Virus record (IMG/VR): IMGVR_UViG_3300034101_004390
Location: 1 to 52,405 of that record
Source of the DNA: a virus
Taxonomy: Duplodnaviria > Caudoviricetes
Length of the DNA stretch: 52,405 nucleotides
Direction: 5' to 3' (one strand)
In this document: piece after piece, positions 8,088 to 17,240 of the stretch
How positions within the stretch are numbered: the stretch's first letter is position 1
How the letters are laid out: each line of letters opens with the position of its first letter
Position numbers and translations under genes: made by a program
The notes under the pieces: model-generated
What the model saw: the letters and a program-made list of their open reading frames with translations, nothing else
Databases searched by the model: none
Told to the model about the DNA's origin: nothing

Positions 8088-11000
8088 ACTTCGACCCGAA
8101 AGCCGTTCGACGGGCCTTGATGGTAGCGAAGGATCTCGCTACCTCGATTGACCCCGGCTTTGCCAATATCAACGTCCCGATGCCCCCTGAGGGCGTGCCG
8201 TTAGAGCGCGCCAAGGGCGGCCCGATCAAGACCGTTCAAGGTCCTGAGCGAGACCAAAACCTTAAAGATTGGTTGGGCGACAGTTTCCTGCACGTCGATG
8301 GCGTGCCGCGAACGTATTACCACGGCACGTCTAAAGACACGCTGTTCTCGTCATTTAAAGTCGGCCGTCATGGCGCATGGTTTGCGTCAGATCCCAAAGA
8401 AGCGTCGATGTATGCGTCGCAAAACGACAGCATGTCGTCGCGTTACGAAGGCGGCAGGTTTGTTCCAACTAATACCGCCAGCCGTGTGATGCCGGTGTAC
8501 CTCAAGGCAAGCAACCCGTACATGGGCGAATTTCCTGAGAAGTACAAAAACGTCGATAACTACAAAAAAGCAAATTCTGACTGGTTTGATGAACTACGTG
8601 CCGCCGGGTATGACAGTTGGGTGCCGCGTTCGCAGCAGGGCAATTTGGCCGTCATGCTTGAAGGTCCGCATCAGGTAAAGTCTGCGGTTGGCAACGACGG
8701 CACATTTGATCATCCGACGGACATTGCCAAAGCCGAAGGTGGCGCTGTTGACGACGACGAGATCCAACCGCGCAACTTGAACCCCATGGGTCTCTACAGC
8801 GCCGCGGCCGAGGCTGCGCGCGCTATCCCGCAAGAGCGTGGAACGCCGCAGCAGATGCTGGCGACCATGAAGGGCGTTAAGCCCGACGAACTCAATTGGT
8901 CTGGTGCGCAGAACAAGTTTGCCAACCAGAAGACAATCACCCGCGATGACTTGGCGCAGCACTTTGAAGACAGCCTGCCGCCGATTAGCGAACAAATCAG
9001 CGATAGATTTAGCGATTACACAGTTCCGGGTGGCGATAACTACCGCGCAACGTTGCTGACACTGCCACCTGATCTGTCTAAGCAGGCATATGGCACTGAT
9101 TTTAATCAGTACAGGAAAGAGTCGCACTGGTCAGAGCCAAACGTTATTGCGCATCTTCGCCTGAAAGATCGCGAGTATTCCGAGCGCAAGCGCACGCCGA
9201 AGCCGGATACAACGACGAACATTTCGGTAAACACGCCGCTGACCCCGTCTGGCGTGGGAACGCGCGCCATTGATGCATGGTCATCGCCGACGCCGGGCTT
9301 GGTGGTTACCAAGTCGCTGGAGCCTGACGAGCGCGGCTTGTTCCGTGTAACTCATGTCGGCACCGGTTTGAATGCCAGCGCTAACAAAGCGTTTTCATTC
9401 CCGCAGGCCATGGATGCCGCACGGCGCCTTGGTGAACTGTGGGACGGATGGGAAAAAGACGCTGATGCCGTTAAGGCATGGGCTAAGGAGAACGGTAAAG
9501 CCGCTCGCGATACGCTGAGTCAGGCGGCAAATCCGCTAGGCAAAAAAGCCTTGCATCTTGAGGAACTACAAAGCGATTGGGCGCAGGAAGGTCGCGAGAA
9601 AGGCTTTGTTGGGCCAAAAGACGTTCAGAAGGCCCAGCAAGACTTTGAGAATTTGAAGAAAGAAATTTCTGATAAATACGCAAAGTATTACGATGATTTG
9701 TTGTCTGCCGGAAATATAGATTCAAACCTTTCTTACTCATTTTTGAGTAATCACTACAACAACGTCGACGAAACGCGAACTCATTTCAACAAAAATACAC
9801 CGTATAAAATGTTCAAACTTCCGCTAGAAGATGACAAAAGCGGATTGTTTTTGTATCACAAGTTTCCAGAAGAGCCTGTAGATGAAGATCGTTTGCCGCC
9901 GGATGTGGCTGACAGGCTGATGAAGGCGCGCGAGAGCCATAACATCATTCAGAACTTTGATGAAAAAATCAAAGACCCTGAATATAGAAAACAAATTATT
10001 GATCAGCGAATGCAGGCTTTAAGCCCGCATACGTTTGCGCTTGAAATTGGCGATCCTTACTTGATTGCCAGATATCTTGAATTGGCTGGCGCAGAAAAAA
10101 GATTAAAAAAAGAAAAACTTCAAGAAGCGCCGTTTGTCACCAACACAAACCAGTGGACTGACCTTGGTCTGAAGCGCGCGCTTACCGAAGCGGCCCGCGG
10201 TGACTATGACAAATTGATATGGACTCCGGGCGCCGAGCAGGCTGATCGGTATAAGTTATCGAAGTACATCGATGAACTGAAATACCTGCAATCACATTCG
10301 GAAGGCCCAATCGCGCTAAAAGGATTTAAAAAGGGCAGGGAAATTTTTAACAAACAAGTTTCTTCTGAAGAATTAAATTCTTACGTCGGCAAAGACGTTG
10401 CAAAACAAATTTTGGAATCGCCAGAAGGCCGCGGGTCAATAAAAGGCGACAACTTGGCGATTGGCGGTCAGGGCATGCTGGAGTATTACGATCGCATCTT
10501 GCCGCGGCGCCTGTTAGCGCTAGCCCAAGAGCATGATCCCGAGGCCAAAATCGAGCCGCACAAAGAGGCCCGAGACCAAACCAAGAACTTTCCGTCGCTT
10601 CGTATCACGCCACGCATGCGTAAAAGCATCTTGAATCGCGGATTTAAGGCTTTTGCCCGTGGAGGTGCGGTGCAAAAACATTTGTTTAACGAAGAGCATG
10701 AAAGCCCATCGGTAAAGGTACCCGTCATGGATCACGATAAAGCGGTTCGGCGCGCGCTGATGATCGCCAGAGCCACTGGCGGCAAAGTATCTACGTTCCA
10801 GCAGATGGCAGATGCTCCGCCGGCAGATCCGTCAATCACGCCGACCGCCAATCCAAAGCGTTTGTTGTTTTCTGCAGAGGGCAAAGGCGGCGTAAAAGGC
10901 ATTGTTGTTCCCAAACATATGTGGGAAGGCGCCGAAAAGACTACCGGCATGCGCGATATCAACAAGGCTCGCGCAGAAGTGTACGGCGCAGAGAATCGCG

Positions 11001-12667
11001 ACCCGCTGACGCTCGGTCAGATCAGCAAAATTCACAAGCAAACGCTTGAAGATCACTTTGCTAAGCCCGTAGCGCAGCAAATTGCGGACGAAAAAGCAGC
11101 GTTGCAGCGCCTGCGTGCGGCAAAACACATCGCAAAAGACGCAAATACGCTGGATGAAAGCGAAAAATTAGACACCGTTCGGCATGAACGCGACGATCAA
11201 GGCCGAACTTACGTCGCATATGCCTCAAAAGGCATCGCCGGACACGCTTTGTACACGTCGGGATACGGCGATAACGAAAAAAAGATGGTGCTAAACACTT
11301 GCCCGGGCCAAACAACCGGCTGCGGTGGCGGAATTAGCCCGGATGGCGTCGTCGATACCAGCAAAGGCACCTGTTTTGCGCCAAATGCGGAGTCGCAATA
11401 CCCCGGCGCCGCGGTTCGACGCGCCTGTCACGCTCAGGCGAAGCATGATCCCGCGATGACGCAGGATTGGATTCTTGCGCACACCGGTTCACTGCGTAAC
11501 GCAGCAAAAAATGCCGATCGCAGCAATCAGGTGGTTCTGTTCCGCCCGAACGTGGTCGATGAAACAGACACAACGTCGCGATACGTCATCCAAAACCTGA
11601 ACAAACAGCGCCAAGAAGATGGCAAGCCCGGGATTGTTGCCAATTCGTACGGCAAGACAAACGAGTTGCATGACCCGGAGAACGGGTATTTTGTGACGCA
11701 CTCCAACGTTGGCCCAAAGACCAAGTTGGGGTCATCAATTGCCGAAAACATTAGCCGCGACAACCAGCGTGTTCGGTCGACGATTGATGCCGCAGACGCC
11801 AGAGGCAAGGATTTCACCAACGACAACGGTAATCTGACGCCGCCGAAAAACTCGTACATGGTGACCGACGTCAAGCGCTACTCACCGCTTGATCAGGCAA
11901 TGCAGCAGGCGATTACGCATGCTAAGTATTGGTCGACCGGTCGCGAGCAAAATCAATTGTCGGATGCTGAGTTGGCAGAAGGGCCGGAAGGCCACTTTGA
12001 CGGCAGCGGCGCCCCGACAACGCCAGACATGGCGCACTACGGTCACACCACGCTAAACGGCCGCCGTTACGACTATCAAAAGCAGCACATTTTGCATCCG
12101 CGCATGGTGCAGGTCGGCAACAACGACGACGGCACCCCGCACATGATCCCAACCGACTCCCGGTTCAAAGATAACGAGTTTTTGCCGGAAGATCGTTTTA
12201 TGACAAAGAACGGCAAGCAGGCCGGTGCAATCCTGATGACGACGCCGACGACGTCAACCAGCGCCATCCTGCATCAATCCCCGTTCACGCATCACGTTGA
12301 CGACAGTCACGTCCAGTACGCGCTGCAAAACAACGGCGAGTATCAGATTGATTCGCCGGATCAGCAGGAAGCCAGCCGCGGCAAAGAATACGTGCAGCCG
12401 CAGCCGGTGTTTTTCCGCGCCGAGGGCGGCCGTGTCGACAACATCCATGTTGACCGGCAGTCCGACGATCCGCATGCGTTCCCAGAGCAAAACTTTGTCA
12501 CGCAAATGCACATGGCAAAGCGTCTGGGCGACGACGAGAGCCATTTGCACGAAGTTCGCAAAGGCAAAAAGCCCCTGCCCGTAGACGCGGCAAATGTCGA
12601 AAAGGCCTTGCAAGTTGCGCGTAAATTCAGTCCAGTACCCGGTATGATGGTCACCATCAAGAAATAG
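8084..12667 (+). CDS. Large polyvalent (probable virion cargo) protein: ART-PolyVal-like domain + EELQSDW domain + GP88-like Cys domain
   Basis: YYHGT...GAWFAS...PVYL...GYD...QVKS (ADP-ribosyltransferase-like); LEELQSDWAQ; TCPGQTTGC...TCFA; domains separated by xAxGG sites. Confidence 0.75.
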   Translation: MNFDPKAVRRALMVAKDLATSIDPGFANINVPMPPEGVPLERAKGGPIKTVQGPERDQNLKDWLGDSFLHVDGVPRTYYHGTSKDTLFSSFKVGRHGAWFASDPKEASMYASQNDSMSSRYEGGRFVPTNTASRVMPVYLKASNPYMGEFPEKYKNVDNYKKANSDWFDELRAAGYDSWVPRSQQGNLAVMLEGPHQVKSAVGNDGTFDHPTDIAKAEGGAVDDDEIQPRNLNPMGLYSAAAEAARAIPQERGTPQQMLATMKGVKPDELNWSGAQNKFANQKTITRDDLAQHFEDSLPPISEQISDRFSDYTVPGGDNYRATLLTLPPDLSKQAYGTDFNQYRKESHWSEPNVIAHLRLKDREYSERKRTPKPDTTTNISVNTPLTPSGVGTRAIDAWSSPTPGLVVTKSLEPDERGLFRVTHVGTGLNASANKAFSFPQAMDAARRLGELWDGWEKDADAVKAWAKENGKAARDTLSQAANPLGKKALHLEELQSDWAQEGREKGFVGPKDVQKAQQDFENLKKEISDKYAKYYDDLLSAGNIDSNLSYSFLSNHYNNVDETRTHFNKNTPYKMFKLPLEDDKSGLFLYHKFPEEPVDEDRLPPDVADRLMKARESHNIIQNFDEKIKDPEYRKQIIDQRMQALSPHTFALEIGDPYLIARYLELAGAEKRLKKEKLQEAPFVTNTNQWTDLGLKRALTEAARGDYDKLIWTPGAEQADRYKLSKYIDELKYLQSHSEGPIALKGFKKGREIFNKQVSSEELNSYVGKDVAKQILESPEGRGSIKGDNLAIGGQGMLEYYDRILPRRLLALAQEHDPEAKIEPHKEARDQTKNFPSLRITPRMRKSILNRGFKAFARGGAVQKHLFNEEHESPSVKVPVMDHDKAVRRALMIARATGGKVSTFQQMADAPPADPSITPTANPKRLLFSAEGKGGVKGIVVPKHMWEGAEKTTGMRDINKARAEVYGAENRDPLTLGQISKIHKQTLEDHFAKPVAQQIADEKAALQRLRAAKHIAKDANTLDESEKLDTVRHERDDQGRTYVAYASKGIAGHALYTSGYGDNEKKMVLNTCPGQTTGCGGGISPDGVVDTSKGTCFAPNAESQYPGAAVRRACHAQAKHDPAMTQDWILAHTGSLRNAAKNADRSNQVVLFRPNVVDETDTTSRYVIQNLNKQRQEDGKPGIVANSYGKTNELHDPENGYFVTHSNVGPKTKLGSSIAENISRDNQRVRSTIDAADARGKDFTNDNGNLTPPKNSYMVTDVKRYSPLDQAMQQAITHAKYWSTGREQNQLSDAELAEGPEGHFDGSGAPTTPDMAHYGHTTLNGRRYDYQKQHILHPRMVQVGNNDDGTPHMIPTDSRFKDNEFLPEDRFMTKNGKQAGAILMTTPTTSTSAILHQSPFTHHVDDSHVQYALQNNGEYQIDSPDQQEASRGKEYVQPQPVFFRAEGGRVDNIHVDRQSDDPHAFPEQNFVTQMHMAKRLGDDESHLHEVRKGKKPLPVDAANVEKALQVARKFSPVPGMMVTIKK

Positions 12668-12675
12668 GTGTCGCT

Positions 12676-13686
12676 ATGGGCGGTTCAGTCAATCTTAAAG
12701 GCGGTGGCCAATACCAGATGCCGACGACCGGCACTGGCGAGAGTTATTCGCCTTCATATACGCCATCTGGCTATGGCGCTCGCTACGGCGGCTACGGCCA
12801 GCAGTACGGTGGTTTTGGCCAGCAATATGGCTCCGGCATGGGACTGGGGCAGGGCCTTGAAGGTATCGATCTGAACAACATTCCGAACGTATCGACGGGC
12901 GGAAAAGGTTTCCAGCAACAGCCGCAATATAACTATCAACCCGCTCCGGTAATGCGCCCATACGTCGATCAAGTGTCGACCGGTGGTAAAGGATTTCAGC
13001 CTCGCCAAACTCCTTCGCAATCAGTGGCTTACGCGCCAATGAACATTCCGGGCATGTCGTTTGCGCAGCCGCGTTACTTCTACCCCAACATATCCCAGCA
13101 GATGCTGGGCCTCGGCGGCATGGGTGGCCTCGGCGCGACGATGCCGATGTATCAGCGTCCCGGCATCAGCGGCTCTGGCATTACGTATCCGGCGCTGCAG
13201 CCCCCGGCGCCACCGCCGCCACCGCCGACATCGACTGGCGGTAAAGGATTTCAACCAAGTCCGGTAATGCCGAATACTCCTCCGATCAATCCGAGTTTGC
13301 GACCGGTGATGCCGAACAATCCAAGTCTGGCACCTGTATCGCCGCGCAATCCGTTTGAGCCGACGGTGCAGCCGATACGGTACGAAGACCGCGAGTTGCC
13401 GCGCGCTGACCAGCGAATTCCGCAGTTAGAAGACTCGATTTATCGCGATATGCCGCTGTTTGTGGACGGCTACTCAAATGAGCCGCTGGTTAAGCCGCAG
13501 CCGTCGCCGTACATCTCTGATCAGCCGTATGTCTCTGAGGAATACGATCGGCCATACGTGCCAGCGGATGTGCAAACCGCCACATCTCCGGCGCCAGAGG
13601 AGCCGCCGTCCCCAACCACTTCAATTGATCGCTTTGAAGAGCCAATGTACGACACGTACGATCGCGGCGTCATGGACATCGATTGA
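12676..13686 (+). CDS. Low-complexity G/Y/Q/P-rich disordered protein with three STGGKGFQ repeats
   Basis: AGGTG RBS; composition and repeats read from translation. Confidence 0.75.
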   Translation: MGGSVNLKGGGQYQMPTTGTGESYSPSYTPSGYGARYGGYGQQYGGFGQQYGSGMGLGQGLEGIDLNNIPNVSTGGKGFQQQPQYNYQPAPVMRPYVDQVSTGGKGFQPRQTPSQSVAYAPMNIPGMSFAQPRYFYPNISQQMLGLGGMGGLGATMPMYQRPGISGSGITYPALQPPAPPPPPPTSTGGKGFQPSPVMPNTPPINPSLRPVMPNNPSLAPVSPRNPFEPTVQPIRYEDRELPRADQRIPQLEDSIYRDMPLFVDGYSNEPLVKPQPSPYISDQPYVSEEYDRPYVPADVQTATSPAPEEPPSPTTSIDRFEEPMYDTYDRGVMDID

Positions 13687-13761
13687 CCCCAGCACGAAAT
13701 TGGAGAAGAATCAACCCCGTGAATTTCCCGCATAGCGTTGATTCGTACTAGGAGCACGAAC

Positions 13762-14901
13762 ATGTCAGAACTTGCAAAGAAGGCGCGCAGTGCCATGCGG
13801 GATAAAATTTCCCGTCTGATGCGCACCGACCCGAAAGCCAAGGTTGACGGGTCCAGTTATATCCCGCCTGAGCCGCTGGACGCCGACGTCAAGACGGGCC
13901 TACGCCCGGTATCGCGTCGCCAGTTCAAGCGCGGCGGCAAGGTTGCCAAGATGGAAGGTGGTGCGTGCAAGCCGCGCGCTGACCGTATGGCCCGCAAGAA
14001 TGGCGGCTCGACGCCTGCAACGCCGGACAACATCATTAATCGCGACGTGAAAGAAGCCAACCAAAAGCGTGATGGCAAGAAGCACATTGGCGGTATGAAG
14101 AAAGGCGGCGCTGCAAAGCACGGCGACGTCAAGATGGACAAAGCGCTCATCAAGAAGATGGTGCACAAGCATGAGGCTGCCAAGCATCCCGGCAAGCCCA
14201 TGACGAAACTCAAGCGTGGCGGTTATGCCCATAAGGCTGCCGGCGGTTATCAGGCTGGCGGAACCCCTCCGCAGCCCCCGATGCCCCCGCAGATGCCGGA
14301 GGACGTTCAAAATGACTACAACGCGTGGAAAATTTCTCAGGAGGTCAAGAAAGAAGCCTCTGCCAGTAAGGGTCCCCCCACCCGCAATTCCCCCGCTAAA
14401 AAGAACCGCGGTGGAGCGTTGGATGGCACATTGCAAGGGACTCGCCCGACGGGTGGCCGGCTGGCTCGTAACACTGGCGGCCGCAATATGGGCAAAGGTG
14501 GCCGCAATAAGGGCAAAGGCAAAATGAATGTGAACATCGTCATTGGTACTGGCCGTGATGGTCAGCAGCCGATGCCGATGCCGCGTCCGCCGATGCCGCC
14601 GGCAGGTATCCCGATTCCGGTAGGCGCTCCGCCGCCGGCTGGTGGTCCTCCGATGGGCGGCATGCCTCCGATGGGCCCACCCCCGGGCGGTATGGCTCCG
14701 CCTCCGATGCCGATGGGCGGTATGCCTGCTCCGGGCGGCATGCCTCCGATGCCCCGCAAAACCGGTGGTCGCGCGATTGGCGTCGACAAGCCGGGTCGCG
14801 TGGGTCATCGCAAGTACCGTTCTGCCGAGGACATGGACGCTGGTTCCGGCGGCGCTCTGGGACGTCTCGAAAAGGTCGAGATCCAGAAGCACAAGAAATA
14901 A
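13762..14901 (+). CDS. Basic, Pro/Met/Gly-rich probable internal head protein with about 9 xxxGG motifs
   Basis: AGGAG RBS before MSELAKK; FKRGG, RKNGG, MKKGG, LKRGG, KAAGG, YQAGG, KNRGG, RNTGG, RKTGG. Confidence 0.8.
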   Translation: MSELAKKARSAMRDKISRLMRTDPKAKVDGSSYIPPEPLDADVKTGLRPVSRRQFKRGGKVAKMEGGACKPRADRMARKNGGSTPATPDNIINRDVKEANQKRDGKKHIGGMKKGGAAKHGDVKMDKALIKKMVHKHEAAKHPGKPMTKLKRGGYAHKAAGGYQAGGTPPQPPMPPQMPEDVQNDYNAWKISQEVKKEASASKGPPTRNSPAKKNRGGALDGTLQGTRPTGGRLARNTGGRNMGKGGRNKGKGKMNVNIVIGTGRDGQQPMPMPRPPMPPAGIPIPVGAPPPAGGPPMGGMPPMGPPPGGMAPPPMPMGGMPAPGGMPPMPRKTGGRAIGVDKPGRVGHRKYRSAEDMDAGSGGALGRLEKVEIQKHKK

Positions 14902-14912
14902 TCTCCCTAGAT

Positions 14913-14942
14913 CGGGCGGTGACCTCTACCGCCCGTTTTTTT
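14913..14942 (+). terminator. Intrinsic terminator
   Basis: CGGGCGGT/ACCGCCCG stem followed by T7. Confidence 0.85.
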
Positions 14943-14951
14943 GCCCTAAAT

Positions 14952-14967
14952 ATTTACCGGCGTAAAC
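14952..14967. promoter_or_regulatory. Type-B palindrome ATTTAC-N4-GTAAAC abutting the ATG of 14968
   Basis: Matches sites at 1922, 50494, 50825. Confidence 0.6.
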
Positions 14968-15171
14968 ATGTACAACTTGAATTTGGCATTTGAGGGAGAA
15001 CTAAGAAGGCTAATAGAGGAGGAAATCGGGAGGCTTAAAGACAATCTTGCGAATGGATTGAGTACGCCTGACTTCGAGTCATACAAGAACCAAGTCGGAA
15101 AGATAGCCGGACTGATGATGGCTCTTGATCTGTGCGAAGAGGCTAGAACTATCGTGTCGAAAAAATATTGA
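14968..15171 (+). CDS. Small conserved helical protein upstream of GroES-like gene
   Basis: L.NG...DFESYK.QVGKI.GL pattern and position typical of this phage head module. Confidence 0.8.
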   Translation: MYNLNLAFEGELRRLIEEEIGRLKDNLANGLSTPDFESYKNQVGKIAGLMMALDLCEEARTIVSKKY

Positions 15172-15184
15172 TGGAGCGTTTGTA

Positions 15185-15574
15185 ATGCAAATTGCAATGG
15201 AACATGACGTAGATCCGAAAACAGAATTGCTAAAAAAACTGGGAAATATCAAAGATATCGAGATCTTTAACAATCAAATCCTATGTGCAGTGTATGTGCG
15301 GCCTGAGAAAACCAAGGGCGGTATCGTGCTTCCCGATCAGCACCGCTCCGAAGACAGAATCCAAGGCAAAGTTGGCCTTGTTGTAAAGAAGGGTTCAGCC
15401 GCTTTCGTCGATGAAACCAATACTTGGTTTGTTGATGGTGCGATCGAGTTGAACGAATGGGTAATTTTCCGGCCTAGCGACGGTTGGAGCATCACAATTA
15501 ATGGCGTTTTGTGCCGTATTTTGGATGACATCAACGTCCGCGGCCGCATTCAGCATCCCGATCAAGTCTGGTAA
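15185..15574 (+). CDS. GroES/Cpn10-like co-chaperonin
   Basis: Mobile-loop motif EKTKGGIVLPD, GLVVKKG, C-terminal RILDDxxV; GGAG RBS. Confidence 0.85.
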   Translation: MQIAMEHDVDPKTELLKKLGNIKDIEIFNNQILCAVYVRPEKTKGGIVLPDQHRSEDRIQGKVGLVVKKGSAAFVDETNTWFVDGAIELNEWVIFRPSDGWSITINGVLCRILDDINVRGRIQHPDQVW

Positions 15575-15585
15575 CGGAGAAAACC

Positions 15586-16479
15586 ATGGCAGACAACGAC
15601 GAACAAATTGAAATTCAGTTGGAAGACACTGAAAAAACCGCTGCACAGCCTGATGTAAGGGTTGTAAAGGCAGAAGATACGGCTGCTGGACGCGATATTG
15701 ACCCCGAACAAGGGTTAGAAGCACTGCGTTCGCAGTTAGAAAAGGAGCGCTTGACTCGAATTGAGATGGAGCGCCGTGCTCGCGAGTTTGCAGCGTCGGC
15801 GATGCATGCAAAAAACGAGGCGCAAGACAGCAATTTGCATCTTGTGACTAACGCAATCGAGTCTGTAAAGCAAAACACCGAAGTTTTGAAGAGCAATTAC
15901 GCTCAAGCAATGTCTTCGGGCGATTACGATCGCGCTGCAGAGTACCAACAGGCGATGTCCAACAACGCCGCCAAACTTTTGCAGTTGGAACAGGGCAAAC
16001 AAGCGCTTGAAGCCATGCCAAGACAGCAGGCTCCGGCGCCTGTTGGCGTATCTGACCCTGTTGAAGCCCTCGCATCGCAGTTGTCACCGCGTTCTGCGGC
16101 GTGGATTCGCAAAAATCCGCACTTTGCAACCGATCCGCGTCAGTACCAGAAGATGCTGGCTGCACATAACCTTGCTGTGGCCGATGGAATTGCACCGGAT
16201 ACCGACGAATATTTCGATACAGTCGAGTCAACCCTGCGCATGCGTCGTTCGGAGCCTGTTCAGAACGACGATCCCATGGCAGATGCGGCCAAACCGACGC
16301 AGAGGCGCACTCCGCCCCCTTCTGCTCCGGTAAGCCGCAGTAGCGGAGGCCCGGGCACACGTCCCAATACGGTTCGTCTGACGTCCGCAGAGCGTGAGAT
16401 GGCGGGAATGATGGGCATGACCGTCGAGGAGTACGCCAAAAACAAGTTGGCGCTCCAGAAAGAAGGCAAATTGAACTAA
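15586..16479 (+). CDS. Putative capsid scaffolding protein
   Basis: Acidic N-terminus, coiled coil, C-terminal VRLTxAERxMAxMMGMTVEEYAK; upstream of capsid genes. Confidence 0.75.
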   Translation: MADNDEQIEIQLEDTEKTAAQPDVRVVKAEDTAAGRDIDPEQGLEALRSQLEKERLTRIEMERRAREFAASAMHAKNEAQDSNLHLVTNAIESVKQNTEVLKSNYAQAMSSGDYDRAAEYQQAMSNNAAKLLQLEQGKQALEAMPRQQAPAPVGVSDPVEALASQLSPRSAAWIRKNPHFATDPRQYQKMLAAHNLAVADGIAPDTDEYFDTVESTLRMRRSEPVQNDDPMADAAKPTQRRTPPPSAPVSRSSGGPGTRPNTVRLTSAEREMAGMMGMTVEEYAKNKLALQKEGKLN

Positions 16480-16493
16480 TAGGAGATCGATAA

Positions 16494-17114
16494 ATGAATG
16501 CCGAAGCCCCCAAGAAGCGCGGTCGACCCAAGGTCAACAAGTTCCAAGCCGCTGCGCAGGAAGTTGCCGCCGAAAAAGCAAATAAACAGATCGTCGACGA
16601 GCCTGTTGTAGAAATGCGACAGGAAATGAGGCGCCCTATGCGTGAAGAAGATCCTCGTACGCGTGCCGCTCGCCGTGCCGCAGAGATTCGCAACCACATT
16701 GGCAACATGGACGAAGGAACCGACGAGTTTTACGTTCCGCCGCACGAAATTCCTGACGGCTGGACGTATGAATGGAAGCGCAAGTCGGTTTTGGGTCAGG
16801 AAGACGCTGCCCACCAGATTGCCCTTGCTCGAAAGGGCTGGGAGCCAGTCCCGGCGTCACGTCACCCGTCGTTTATGCCCGATGGCGGCACGTTCAACAC
16901 CATCGAGCGTAAGGGCATGATCCTGATGGAGCGTCCTGCGGAAGTCACCGCAGAGGCTCGCCAGATCGAGATGCGCCGCGCGCGCCTGCAGGTTCGGCAG
17001 AAGGAAGAGCAGTTAAATGCCGCTCCGTCTGGCCAGTTCGAGCGCCAGAACAAGGAGAACAGCCTTGTGAAGGTGAAGAAGTCCTACGAGGCCGTGCCGA
17101 TCCCTGAAAAATAA
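16494..17114 (+). CDS. Conserved head-module protein (PDGWxYxWxR...GWEPV)
   Basis: AGGAG RBS; motif and position between scaffold and capsid. Confidence 0.8.
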   Translation: MNAEAPKKRGRPKVNKFQAAAQEVAAEKANKQIVDEPVVEMRQEMRRPMREEDPRTRAARRAAEIRNHIGNMDEGTDEFYVPPHEIPDGWTYEWKRKSVLGQEDAAHQIALARKGWEPVPASRHPSFMPDGGTFNTIERKGMILMERPAEVTAEARQIEMRRARLQVRQKEEQLNAAPSGQFERQNKENSLVKVKKSYEAVPIPEK

Positions 17115-17130
17115 GGGAATTTGACTAAAT

Positions 17131-17169
17131 AAGCCCCGGGGTCTATACAGTAGGCTCCGGGGTTTTTTT
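17131..17169 (+). terminator. Intrinsic terminator overlapping a probable promoter (TTGACT 17121-N17-TATACA 17144)
   Basis: CCCCGGGGTCTA/TAGGCTCCGGGG stem (2 GU pairs) followed by T7. Confidence 0.75.
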
Positions 17170-17228
17170 ATGGGCGCGTCAGACTGACCCGGCAGACGGC
17201 ATGTAGACGGGCGCGCCTACTTACATGC
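17157..17228 (+). ncRNA. Structured pseudoknot leader RNA, Mu-gpT-DE-like candidate
   Basis: Pairings 17157-61/17188-92, 17171-80/17210-19, 17199-206/17221-28; core GACTGACCCGGCAGAC; abuts the RBS of 17241. Confidence 0.55.
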
Positions 17229-17240
17229 GAGGTAATTCTC

